DNA from: Hormiphora californensis
Lineage: Eukaryota > Animalia > Ctenophora
Length of the DNA stretch: 64,000 nt
Assembly (NCBI GenBank): GCA_020137815.1
Contig: CM035362.1
Location: 3,596,001-3,660,000, forward strand
Direction of reading: 5' to 3'
Part shown: piece after piece, positions 1-15,700 of the stretch
How positions within the stretch are numbered: the first letter of the stretch is position 1
How the letters are laid out: every line of letters begins with the position of its first letter
The notes under the pieces: generated by a model
Databases searched by the model: none
What the model was told of the DNA's origin: nothing
What the model saw: only the letters and a program-made list of their open reading frames with translations
Translations under genes and position numbers: made by a program

Positions 1-331
1 GAGCATACAGGGAGTCTACTTTGTAAGCGGCATGAGGACTAATTCAGCTGGATTACTGGTGAGTTGAGTGCATTTATTTATAATTAATTGAATCAGTATC
101 ATTACTGAGGGGTTGAGCGAGCAATTAGTTCAGTTATATCATCTGGTATTTATGTGAGCACTGAGCCGAGAGACATACTAAATAATAATATATATTCAGT
201 GTTTTTTAGTCTAACGTTCAGTGTTTTGGTTTTACCCACTTATTATTTAGATTCTTTAACCTGGCTACTTATTACATAGATTCTCTCTCGAAGTAATCTA
301 CATCACTTCTCACACTTCCCTCTATTTCTAG

Positions 332-3454
<3,123 letters not shown>

Positions 3455-3680
3455 CTTGCCACCCGTTGAGATATATCATCAACATTGAAATCAAGTTGGT
3501 GGAATAATAATGTTTGTTGAGTATAAACTCTGGGTTGAACAATAGTTTTCAGTTTTTTGTAACTTCGGATGTCCTTACAGCACCCTATAAATAATTGGGT
3601 GAAAACTGAGACTAATTGAGTCCGAGCTCTGAGGTGAGTTTTTGTATAACTTTCCATCAATGTGGTTTGTTAGGATTTCT

Positions 3681-3747
3681 CAGGAACCGACCGATACAAG
3701 TAAACGACCAATCAGGGACCAGTATTTCCTGATTCGGTCGGTTCCTG
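3681..3747 (-). mobile_element. Internally deleted copy of the 109-bp MITE
   Basis: Both TIRs are present; the middle is deleted between the two CCAATCAG motifs; TSD GGATTTCT/GGATTTCC. Confidence 0.85.
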
Positions 3748-3873
3748 GGATTTCCACTGATTTCAGAAATTAGTTTACAAAAAACGATACTCTATAATAA
3801 TAAGGGTTCGGTAGATCAAATCCTACTACTACAGCAGTATTCGCAGACCCCATTTTGACAAAACTCCCGAAAT

Positions 3874-4450
3874 CTGTTACCATGGTTACCTGTTACCATA
3901 GTTACCTGTTACCATAGTTACCTGTTACCATGGTTACCTGTTACCATGGTTACCCCTATGAGATTGTACAATTACTACTTTTTGAGAGTTATAACGACTC
4001 TGTGTTTTTGAAGGATGAAGATTTTTTGTGGAAGCATAATAAGTAATTACAATTTGCTACAAAGCACACCTTATTAAAAATCCGTTGTTTTGTAATTATT
4101 CCAACAGGAAGTAAAGATGCTTGGGGACGACTCCCATATTTGGCAATACCATAACACCATATTTGGGCATTGTCCCCCCCCCCTTTCTCTCTTGCATGCT
4201 CGGTAAAATGGGGTATACCGTGCTCAGCGTGGGGTTACATGGAGGGTCGAGCAAGGCAAGCCCAACCTAAATGCAGGACTAACTAACTAGTATGTTCCGG
4301 TATTCCGAAAAAACCGCCCCACACTTCCCCCTCCTCATCGGATGTTACCATGGTTACATGCCCCCACACTCCCCCTCCTCATCGGAGGTTACCATGGTTA
4401 CATGCCCCCCCCACTTCCCCCTTCTCATCGGAGGTTACCATGGTTACCCC
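3874..4450. repeat. Short tandem repeats built on GTTACCATGGTTAC (15-mer x5 at ~3874-3953; ~35-mer x3-4 at ~4317-4450)
   Basis: Visible tandem units CTGTTACCATRGTTAC and CCCCCTCCTCATCGGAGGTTACCATGGTTACATG. Confidence 0.8.
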
Positions 4451-4836
4451 CTCATAGTTGCAAAGGTGTCAAGGTCAAGTCTATCGGTTGTTAGCAATTT
4501 GACGCTATAAATTATCAAATTTCGCTTTCCCCTGTGTCCTGCTGGAAGGATAATAATTACATAATTCCTACCAATTAAGGTTAACAATTGACTACTTATT
4601 CGAAGACCTTGACCGTCTTTGTCTCACCGCGCCCTTAATTTTTAGTCATCTGTATCTCTCTCTCTACTTCTGTCTTCCTCCTTCTTCCTCCCTCCTCTCT
4701 GCGTCGTATTTATTCCTTATTTGGTCATATAGCTCCCAGAATAGGCTGGTATTAGTCCATATATGGAATAAAAGAGAGAGAACACACACAGCTCTGGCTC
4801 ACTGCTGTATATATGTGTGTACACTCACTCTCTCTA

Positions 4837-4929
<93 letters not shown>

Positions 4930-5644
4930 GTTTCGTTCTCTATGTTGTACTAGCTTTGTACACTGACCACTCTGTGTGTGTGTAGTTTGTTTGCACTCAG
5001 CGTTTGCAGTACAACTGTTGTGCGTGTTGTTATACACCATATTAGGGGCTAGCCTGCATGCCCTCTCTCCTCTCTCCCCCCTCTCTCTCTTTCTCCCCTC
5101 TCTCTCTCTCTTTCCCCCCTCTCTCACTCAATTTGATCCAAGGAGAACCTTTTAACGGCGTGATCATACCTTATACGGTAGTACAAGCTTTTACGTGCTT
5201 TTACGGGGTGCTTAATGTCCCTTATAGGATTAATGAGAATGAGAGAGGGAGGGAGAGCTAGGAGCAGAAATTTCATCAGAAATTTATAAGAGAAAGGGGG
5301 TTGCTGGAAAAGTGCTAGTACACTATGTAACTGGATAGTATAATTGGAACGCACCGGGCTTTCGGTATCACTTCCGATTTCCGGGATAGGAAAGATATTT
5401 TACTGGTTCAATTCCCGTTTAATGAAGGAGTCAGTAGTGTGGTAATATTTATGAAGGAGTATTTTTTAAATTCATCCTTTTCTCAATTCAAATTCCCCAA
5501 AACAAAACCTGCAAAACTTGCGAAATTAGTATAAAAGAAGGGGGTCAGACCTTGTCCTATTTTCCTTATTCGCTCTATGAAGCTACCGGAGCGGCTCTTA
5601 TAGCACAGAGAGGGAGGGAGGCCTCGCTAGGAAGCATGGGGAGA

Positions 5645-5700
<56 letters not shown>

Positions 5701-6309
5701 GAGAGAGAGTGAGAGAGAAGAAGGGATGTTCATGTAATAGAATCTCCCTTTCGAATCTCCTTCCTAGCTCATGTTGTTCGATTTGCTACGTGTTTGTGTG
5801 TGTGCTGTGACTTGCGGTGTTGCATACTGACCATACAACGGGAAAGGGGTCCTCTTTTTTGGGACTGTTACTATACATTTTTAGGACTATATTGGACTTT
5901 TTTGGTATACATATCTGGTATCCTAGTGCTAGTAGCAGCAGCAGCACTCATTTCACTGTTTCACCCTTGATCTTTTTCATCCTCTTCTCTTGGACGATAA
6001 TCAGGGATAGTGGTGATAATTTCATACGATACAGATCATTATATGAACAAGGGTTTAAGAAATGAACATGCCCTGAAAAAATGCATTAAACTCAATATCT
6101 TTATTTCCTTATAAGGAATTGGGTTACAGTTACCATAGCAACCAATTGGAAACAGTGCTGTAAATGACGTGGTGTAGGATCACGCCACAATTGTATACAA
6201 TGATGTTCATTTCACATGGAAGCCATACGCAGCCCAGTAATTTGATAGTTGAATACATTCTCTTTCTCTCTGTCTCTCGCTCTCTCTCTTTCTCTCTCTC
6301 TCTCTCTCC

Positions 6310-6356
<47 letters not shown>

Positions 6357-6508
6357 TCTCTCTCTCCATCTGTGTAGTACAGCTGTTGGTAGTAAACACA
6401 CTCCGAACCATGGATCGTTCATCTTAATCTTACGTCTCATTGTAGTTGCAGTGGCGCAGATCACTTTTGTAAATTTGGCTTAAAGTGCTTTGTGTTGTTG
6501 AGTAAGGG

Positions 6509-9500
6509 GTGGAGTATAGACAAATCCCACCCTCAAACCAGGCCGGGGAAAGGAATCTCTATTATGGTCCCATCCCTCAATCTCTACCATGGTGGAGACG
6601 GCCTCAAAGAAGAAGAAGAAGGAGTATAGACAAGGAAAACACGAAATATTTTGGTAGTACCAACTTGGTACTGGGAAATCAATTAACCGTAGCTTCCAAA
6701 TACTCTTGGGTATCAGCGGGCTGGGAGGCCACCCCTTACTCAACAAGTTTTGTGCAAGTGGTCGATTCAACTTCATACCCTTCTCTGTCTCTACCCTCGT
6801 CTTCCTGTCAACTGCATTTCATTGGATAGTGTATCATGATACTCGCCATACATTTTTCACCAGAATAGTTATCCAAACTTCCCTAACTAACCACCTCTTT
6901 CCTGCTATATTTTAGCTACTTTATTCAGAAACAGGGCCCAACATCGATCCCCATGACCCCAGTTGGAACTGGATGATACGAATGGTGAAACACAAACCTG
7001 GAACATACCAAATCAAGGTAAAATGCTATTTTTAATATCAAGGTAAAGTACTATTTCCATTCTAGAATTTAGGGGATGTACCAAGAATGCCTGTGTGAAC
7101 CAATATATTGTGACTCATTATTTAATGTTAATTCACCCCTCCATCCCCTTTATTGTTGAGTAACTCAACAATTGACCCCTTCAGATCTGTCTCTAAAATC
7201 CTCTCCTTCTTTTTCAGATCTCTAAAATCCTCTCATGACTCACACTGGTATTCTCCTACGCGGGATGAAGACACCTCGAGAGAAACAAATTATCATCGTC
7301 CCTCCCTCTGTTCAACCAACTAGACTGGTGTCCAGTTCCGGACCTGAGCTGGCCACATTCACACCCAAACTCAAGGTAAGTTTGCTTTGTTCGACCCCCC
7401 CCCCCCCCCTCTTTCAACAAAACAAAGCTAAGTGAGAGTGTGCCAAATATACCGACAGTGCTAGATTGGAGGGAAATATAAGTGAAAGCAGGATATTTTG
7501 TAACTCACAATACAATGTCAGCTGAACTCTGGGTTATAAAAGTTACCCCTTGCCAGCGCGTGTGAAGTGTCTTCGATACCAAGCTGAACTCTGGGTTATA
7601 AAAGTTAGACCGATCGCCTTTCCTAGATGAGAGAGTCTGAAAATGAAAATGCCACCCTTTTCCTAACACTTCTTCCCTCGACACCCTAACAATATCATAA
7701 CAATATCTATTTCAGTTAACAACAGGGTCCAACAACCCATCTACACCTCTCCTATCAACCCGCTCAGCCGGTTCCACCCGATCCCACGGCACATCCGGTT
7801 CCACAAGATCCCATGGTACATCCGGTTCCACACGGTCCCATGGCACATCCTCCCTCACCCCTACACGTGCAAACACTCCCTCCCTTATGGGTGGGATTAT
7901 AAAGGAGCAGGGAGGATTCCACAAGTGCCATATGTGTGGGAATCACTTTCTGAACCTGTTCAATTATCATCGACACATTCTTCGGCAACATTGGTTTGAG
8001 ACGCAGAAACAGTTTAGCGAGGAACACTTTTTGTTTAAAAAGGTACGTGGTTTTTAATTAATTAATTAATTAATCAATTAATTGATTTATTAATGAATTG
8101 ATATTTTGCTTAAAGTTTATATAATATTAACCCACCTGTCACTTTCTGGCCTATATCCAATTCTCCCCAGATTGATGGCCTAACAGAGAAACAATGTGCA
8201 AAACTTCGAGAACTTCACAGAAAGTTGAAAGATAGAAACTCTCCGACGCCCCCAAAACGTTCCAGAAGATCAAGGCCTTATGGAACAGTACCACCATCGG
8301 ATCACAACAACATCAACAATTCGGTAGGTTAATACCATATTTGGGCATAGCCATTTTAGGGCATGAAACACCCTAAATTTGGACTGAATGTCGGTTTTTC
8401 AGAACGGAAACAACAACGGGGCAAGGGTTTCTCATCTAAAGGAGTATAAGCTGGTAACTGTTAACGACATGGCTGATGCTTACAAGTTAGTTTAATTTTA
8501 ATTTTTCTTAGAGTTCAGCAATCAGCTTCTGTCAGGCCAATGCTCTCACCACAGTTCTCGCGCGCTCCGAAATGAGAATAGGGTCAGGCCAATGCTCTGG
8601 CAGATCAGCTTAGTTTTAGATTTAGTTGATACTGAGATTCTATGAAGACTGATTGGTATTAAGTTCAACTGATAATTAAACGTCCCGACTTGGGTATTAT
8701 ATAGCATGGTGTCCTAAATTCATCACTAGTAAATCTAGCTAGATCTATCAATTTAATATTTCTAATCTATATTTCGCCATTTAATTGAAATTATTCATGA
8801 AACTTTTTTTCAGGGACAAGTACAACAATCCGGGGGGCTACACAATCTTCCATTTTAAAGTTCCTAAAAAGAATTGCAATTCTACGGCTGGTGGTGGTGG
8901 GATAACAAATCCTCCGGCTCTAACCGCTCTCAAGAAGACTTATAACTCGTCCGGGGACAAGAAAATACCGCAAAGAACTGAAAAGGTAATAACAGTCAGA
9001 CCCCGATTTACCGGGATGCTCGGGGGAAAGGGTTCTGCCCGGTAAATCGGGGTGCCCGGTATATATCGGGATCCGACTGTAACAGTTGATGAATAGTGAG
9101 AACACTTAAACTTGCCAGTGGGTAGAGGTGAGAGCTGTAGAGTGAGGAGATAGTTTTACTTATAGGGGTGAGAAAATTTCGTAAAGAAAAAACAATTTTT
9201 CTCCTTTCAGATCCCGATAACGGACGCCCAACCACTCTCATCATGGCACCAGAAAACGTTTGAGTCACACTTGTCTCACTCTCTGGCAGTGGCTGCGGCA
9301 CAAGCTGCCGCTACAACCTCCTCTGCAGCGGCGGGTCGTTCCCTGGCGACAACTTCTGCTACACCCCACCCCCTAGCAACAACGTCTGCTACACCCCACC
9401 CCCTAGCAACAACTCATCACAAGCACAGCGGAAAGTGTAGTACACGGGGTTGCAAGAGCAGTCGGTGTAAGAAGGCTTCTTCATCAAGTTCTGGTTAGTA

Positions 9501-11918
9501 TGGTTCTAAATTCGCCTTGTTGAACGTTGATATTTTCTTCACTTTTTAGTGATTTAAATTCATTCACCCCCCCCCCCTCTCCCCCTAGCAACCCCTTCTG
9601 CTGCACCCCACCCCCTAGCAACAACTTCTGCTGCACCCCACCCCCTAGCAACAACTTCTGCTGCACCCCACCCCCTAGCAACAACTTCTGTTACACCCCA
9701 CCCCCTAGCAACAACCCTCCTCCTCCCATTAGGAAAGTACCCAGTCCACTTTTCATCGCCGAAGGAGGGAGCTACAGCGACTATCAGCTGCACAGATATA
9801 CTACACAAGATTGTTCACTCCCCAGAATCTATACAGAAACCACAGGTAATTAAAAATTGGTAATTAATCCCTTAATTTAAATAGCTGAAACCACAAACAT
9901 GTTCGCTTTTATTGTAGCGCGTGTTCGTGCCCCTAATTATTTGACAATTTACTCCATTCGAAAGCGAGAAGGTTTCTAGGTTCACACTAGCGTGTGACAA
10001 CTCATCACTATTTCTTACACGAGTAGACTTACTTGACTTACTTGACTTATGGCGGCCGGAGAGGTCGAGTAGCAATGAACGATCTCCAGTTATCCCGGTT
10101 GCACATAAGTTCAAGCATTTCGTTACTGTTATCACACACCCCGTCCAGGTCTTGTAATAGGACATCTGGGAAGGTTAGTAACGGGCGGCCACGCCGCGCC
10201 TGGCCATGAGCTGGTTTCCACATAAGTAGTTCATGTCCCACTAGGTCATCGTGTCTAGCAAGGTGCCCAGCCATTCTCAGTCTCTGGTTTCTAATCTTCT
10301 CAGTTACACGAGGAATATCTTGGAAAACCACGGCATTTGACACTCTGTCCGCACACCTGATGTTCAGTGCTGCCCTCAACATCCTCGAGTAACACCCATC
10401 AATCTTCTTGCCTAGGCTCTTGGTTATAGTCCACGTTTCAGATCCGTAGAGAAAGATAGTCTCGACTGTGGATCTGAATAACCTCACCTTCATCTTCCTA
10501 GACATCTTAGACTTCCAGACTCTATTCATCTTATTTAGGGCACTCCATGCCTTAGCCTTCCTAACTTCGAAATCTTTCACACTGTTTCCAATCCATGATC
10601 CCAGGTATACAAAGTCATCCACTTCATCCAGCAACTGTCCATCAGATGTTCTGATACCGTTGTGATCTGGACCAATGCTGTTAGTCATATACTTCGTCTT
10701 ACTACCATTTATGTGGAGACCAACAGATGCAGCAAACTCCTCCAGCCGGGCCAGGAATACCTGGGCCCCATCGATGGTATCAGCTAACAGAGCGAGATCA
10801 TCGGCATAATCAGCATCTGTTAGCTTTTTAGCCGGGTACCTTCTGCTCCTCCGTGGTTGGATAGTGAATCCAAGATCTACTCCTTCAAGAGTTTTCCTCA
10901 TTATATAATCGATGGCTATAATAAATAGCAATGGAGCAAGAGTATCCCCCTGAAGAACACCGGCTAAGATCTGGAATATCTCAGTCGGTCCATCTTCAGT
11001 GATTACACTTGCCACAGTATCCTGATAAAGGGCATCAATAAGGTCTACCAGGCGGTCGGGGACTCCATAAGCCGTCAGAATCTTCATTAGGATACCTCGA
11101 TGAAGGGAGTCAAAGGCACGACGAAAGTCCACAAACAGGAGCACTGCTGTGATCTGTTTTGCCCTCGCACCCTCCAATATCCGTCTGAGACCTAATACGT
11201 GAGAGGATGTTGATCTACCCGGCCTAAAACCATTCTGCTCCGGTCTCAGGATGTCCTCAAAAGCTGGTGTCATTCTGTTTCTAATAAGCCTGTTTAAGGT
11301 TTTGGAAATAACGGAAGACAAGGCAATTCCTCTGTAGTAGAGTAGAACTATTTTAGAGTAGAACTATTTTCAAACGGTGTCAAATCATTGAGTACCCTCT
11401 CTTATCGTACCCAACGTGCGGGACATCACGAGAGAGTATAGCGCAGGAGGAGGAGAAAAGGGGGGACAGCTCGTACCCAAGTCAAATCAAGCTAAATCAT
11501 AATCCCCCAGATTTCATTGACTGTTGAGGACAAGGAAGCGAAAGTTGATGTTATGACTGTTGATCTCTCGCCCGTTCAACCATGCTCTTCGGCTGCCAGG
11601 TAGTTAATTAGTGATTAGTTAACTAATTAATTAGCTCCAACTACCCTCTCCTTCCCCCTCTAACAACCACCCCCCTCCTCCTCCCCGTAATAACTCTCTC
11701 CCTAACAACCATTGCATCTCTCCCTCTAATAACCCTCTCCCTGATCTAACAATCATCCCCTCCCCTGCAGTGCCCAAGAAAGTCCACGTTCCACCACCAC
11801 AACAACATCCAGTAGCCCAGCAACAACAACTCCAACATCATCAGTAGCACCTGATTTACGACCCAGATCCTTGAGTTCTTCCTCCCCTCCGATCCAACGG
11901 GCGTTCTGGCACAAATAG
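6509..11918 (+). CDS. Putative transcription factor: divergent PR/SET-like region, one C2H2 zinc finger and S/T/P-rich tails (PRDM-like); start codon unresolved
   Basis: Exon chain ~6509-6709 (..LYYGP..ASKYSW), 6916-7017 (LLYSETGPNIDPHDPSWNWMIRMVK), 7218-7375 (1-nt slip), 7716-8042 (HKCHMCGNHFLNLFNYHRHILRQH = C-x2-C-x12-H-x4-H), 8171-8323, 8403-8485, 8814-8985, 9211-9493, ~9733-9845, 11511-11599 and 11771-11918 (..IQRAFWHK*). The finger is solid; the PR assignment is a by-eye motif match. Confidence 0.7.
8993..9079. mobile_element. Short CAGTCGGA-type Tc1/mariner-pogo MITE (relatives at 20438-20589, ~27520-27620, ~39500-39579 and 44919-45765)
   Basis: CAGTCRGACCCCGATTTA ... ATCGGGATCCGACTG-TA termini with internal CCGGTAAATCGGGG repeats. 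Confidence 0.75.
9340..9716 (+). repeat. ~30-bp repeat (GCAACAACTTCTGCTGCACCCCACCCCCTA) present in the exon and again in the next intron or an optional exon extension
   Basis: About 2.5 copies of a 27-bp variant encode ATTSATPHPL in exon 9211-9493; about 4.5 copies lie at 9583-9716 in the same potential frame. Confidence 0.8.
10028..11339 (-). mobile_element. 5'-truncated RTE-clade non-LTR retrotransposon with an intact RT C-terminal ORF (10047-11321), antisense in an intron
   Basis: ORF shows YRGIALSS, EQNGFRPGRS, FVDFRRAFDS, GVLQGDTLAP, YADD, FVYLGS, LYGSETW, GHLARH and RRGRP, all typical of RTE. A (TAAGTCAAG)n tail starts at the stop codon. Candidate TSD GAGTAGA at 10021-10027 and 11340-11346. 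Confidence 0.93.
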
Positions 11919-12719
11919 GTCTGGAGATGGTTTATAGACAATACGTCCAATCAACAACATCATCTCGACAGACCCCGCCAGCGACTTGAGGCTGTCATTT
12001 GTAAAGTGATTTGGAGAATGGAACCGTGATATATATGGTTGGACTATTAATTTATGAAATATTATGATGGGAAACAAACTAAATATGAAAAATGCAGATC
12101 CGAAAAAACCGAACATTTGTTGTTTTTGAAATGATATATATAAAATAAGGGGAAAATTGCCTGAAATATATATGATCCTATTAAAATGTGAGGAGTGTGG
12201 AATGAACGGGGTTAAGGAGTGTGGAAATGTTTTTTAATCTCAATCTACGTGTGTTTGTGTGTTTCTATATATTCTGTGTGATAATGTATCTTTTTACCCT
12301 CGGAGCTCGCATGAGAGACCTTTGTATCCCTGTCTTTGTGAGTGATATTCTGTGAGAAAACTGCTTTGTGTGTATGTACTATAATTTGATCTTTTTCCAG
12401 AAAAAAAGGCATATCGGTTGTTTTGATTTGCTGGTATATGGGGAGACGGGCATGATACTGACAGTTTATAGACGGTCAACTGGACAATTTAAACACACAT
12501 TTAAACACATATAATTATAGACGCAGTCTAGACGTTACCGGACGCTTTATAGACACTATACTTACAGTCTACCTGTACAATAAATCAGACGTAGCACTTG
12601 ACAATTACTTTACTAATTACTGTCCCTCGCACTGTTCAACAATTTCTCAGTGTTTTCAGAACACATGTGTTAAACAGTGTTCAGAACACATGTGTTAAAC
12701 AGTGTTCAGAACACATGTA

Positions 12720-15700
12720 TTAAACATGTGCCCCATCCATGGGTCGTGTTGTGTGTGTATTATCCTTCTCTTCCACATCACTGTACTCCGCTCTATCAAC
12801 TGCAGAGTACCTCATACGATACCAAACCTGAGGAAGGGAGTGTGTTAACTGTCACTTCATATCGTGTTAACAGTCACGTGATATCGTGTTAACAGTCACG
12901 TGTTATCGTGTTAACTGTCACGTGATATCATGTTAACAGTCACGTGATATTGTGTTAACTGTCACTTGGTCAAAATTGACACTGAAGTCAAATCTATAAC
13001 ACGGTCGCTTGTAGTGGGAAAACGGTAATGGAAAACGAAGATACAGTAAGACGACGCGCAACCGCGACCAATCAGGGCGCTAGTACGTGCTGACACATGA
13101 ACTTTTTGCCGCGTGTTATGCACCGTGCGCGTCTCCTTACTGTATTTTGCGTTACCGTATTTTGACTGCAAGCAGCACTGTAATCTGGCTTCCGAGCCTT
13201 TTTGCACCACTCCCAGACGGTGTAGAATGAATCTGAGGGTATCAGAAGATAGGTTGAACTCTTGTGAGTACTGGAAAATACCCGGCATTAATAGCTGATG
13301 CTAATTGCATCAACATATCTCCAGCTCCCAATATCTTCTAAATTGCATGGGCGTAGTGCAGAAACTCTCGGAAGCCAGATTATAGGTTTGACTTCAGTGT
13401 CAATTTTGACCCACTTCCTGTTGACAGACAAACTTCTCGGGTATTTTCCAGTATATTAGGATCATTTGTAGTCTTTTGCGACAAACCGGATGCAAATCGG
13501 TCCAGTGGATCGCGTGCAACATCGAAACGACCCTTTTTGAGGCGGAGCAGACACCTGTGTGTGAGCTCAATCTTGGTCGCGCACGGTGTCTATGTCACCA
13601 AAACTGTCACGTGATATCGTGTTAACTGTCACGTGATATCATGTTAACTGTCACTTGATATTGTGTTAACTGTCACGTGATATCGTGTTAACTGTCACGT
13701 GGTATAGTGTTAACTGTCACCTGATATCGTGTTAACTGTCACGTGATATCGTGTTAACTGTCACGTGATATTGTGTTAACTGTCACCTGATATCGTGTTA
13801 ACTGTCACTTGATATCGTGTTAACTGTCACTTGATATCGTGTTAACTGTCATGTGATATCGTGTTAACTGTCACGTGTTATCGTGTTAACTGTCACGTGA
13901 TATCGTGTTAACTGTCACTTGATATCGTGTTAACTGTCACTTGATATCGTGTTAACTGTCACGTGATATTGTGTTAACTGTCACCTGATATCATGTTAAC
14001 TGTCACTTGATATCGTGTTAACTGTCACGTGATATCGTGTTAACTGTCACGTGATATCGTGTTAACTGTCACGTGATATCGTGTTAACTGTCACGTGATA
14101 TCGTGTTAACTGTCACGTGATATCGTATTAACTGTCACTTGATATCGTGTTAACTGTCATGTGACATCGTGTTAACTGTCACGTGATATCGTGTTAACTG
14201 TCACGTGATATCGTGTTAACTGTCACTTGATACCGTGTTAACTGTCACTTGATATCGTGTTAACTGTCACCTGATATCATGTTAACTGTCACGCGATATC
14301 GTGTTAACAGTCAGCTTATATCATGTTAACTGTCACTTGATATCGTGTTAACTTTCACCTGATGTCGTGTTAACTGTCACGTGATATCGTGTTAACTGTC
14401 ACGTGATATCGTGTTAACTGTCACGTGATATCGTGTTAACTGTCACCTGATATCGTGTTAACTGTCACCTGATATTGTGTTAACTGTCACGTGATATCGT
14501 GTTAACTGTCACGTGATATCGTGTTAGCTGTCACTTGATATCGTGTTAACTGTCACGTGATATCGTGTTAACTGTCATGTGATATCGTGTTAACTGTCAC
14601 GTGATATCGTGTTAACTGTCACGTGATATCGTGTTAACTGTCACGTGATATCGTGTTAACTGTCACGTGATATCATGTTAACTGTCACGTGTTATCGTGT
14701 TAACTGTCTCGTGATATCGTGTTAACTGTCACTTGATATCGTGTTAACTTTCACATGATATCGTGTTAACTGTCACGTGTCTACACTTACCCAGAGAATG
14801 GCTCCGACTTGTACGAAAAGGAGTAAAATCATAAAGTTACAAACATATGCCTCGGAATCACGACTGCTGTAACTCACCAACCTGGCGTGGAACAGTTTTT
14901 TAGCTGCTGTTGAGTAATCTGATCAGGACTATGACTGACAGGACTATGACTGACAGGACTATGACTGACAGGCCTATGACTGACAGGACTATGACTGACA
15001 GGACTATGACTGACAGGACTATGACTGACAGGACTATGACTGACAGGACTATATGACGCATAGGGTCAGGACAATGCTACGACAGACTCTGACTCAACAA
15101 ACTGAAAGGGGAACTGCAGTTCTTTACTTTTAGTTACAGGGAAATTAATCGAACTTGAAGGTCGGGTCGGGGTAGAAACAGTTGTGTACCGTACTCTATC
15201 TGACGGCAACATACCCCAATTTGACAATGCGCTCAGATGGGGTTGGTGGCGCCAGACAGTTACTGTCAGATCATTTGTCTGACACTGTTTCCTGTCAGTA
15301 CAACTAAATTAAAAGTACAATAACAAAAAACCTTACACCTACAACTATTGGTCACATTGATACCTGAGTGAGATCGATCTCACTTACATCTTCGCAAGGC
15401 GAGAATAGGTTGTAATGGATCCAACAACAACTACAATTACAAAAGACTTTTACCCCATTTTGTTGCGGAACCAGATGATATTAGAAGCCCCGGTGAACAG
15501 AGAAACACTGGCAGAACCCAGAGTGAACACAATCAAGACAATCACCAGTTGAGAATGGTCAGCGTGGTAGAACAACCGGAGTATAACCTGGAGAAAAGGG
15601 CGATAAATCAGTTTTTGGGACTTCACTCTAACCTATAAGTTGATTTGAAGAAGTCCTTGACTAAAACGAATCGAATTCCGAAACACAGACAACTGACAAC

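Noticed and set aside
15380-15637. Plus-strand frame with KR dibasic sites suggesting a neuropeptide precursor
   Set aside because: No start or signal peptide, and it is the antisense of a well-supported b561 exon.
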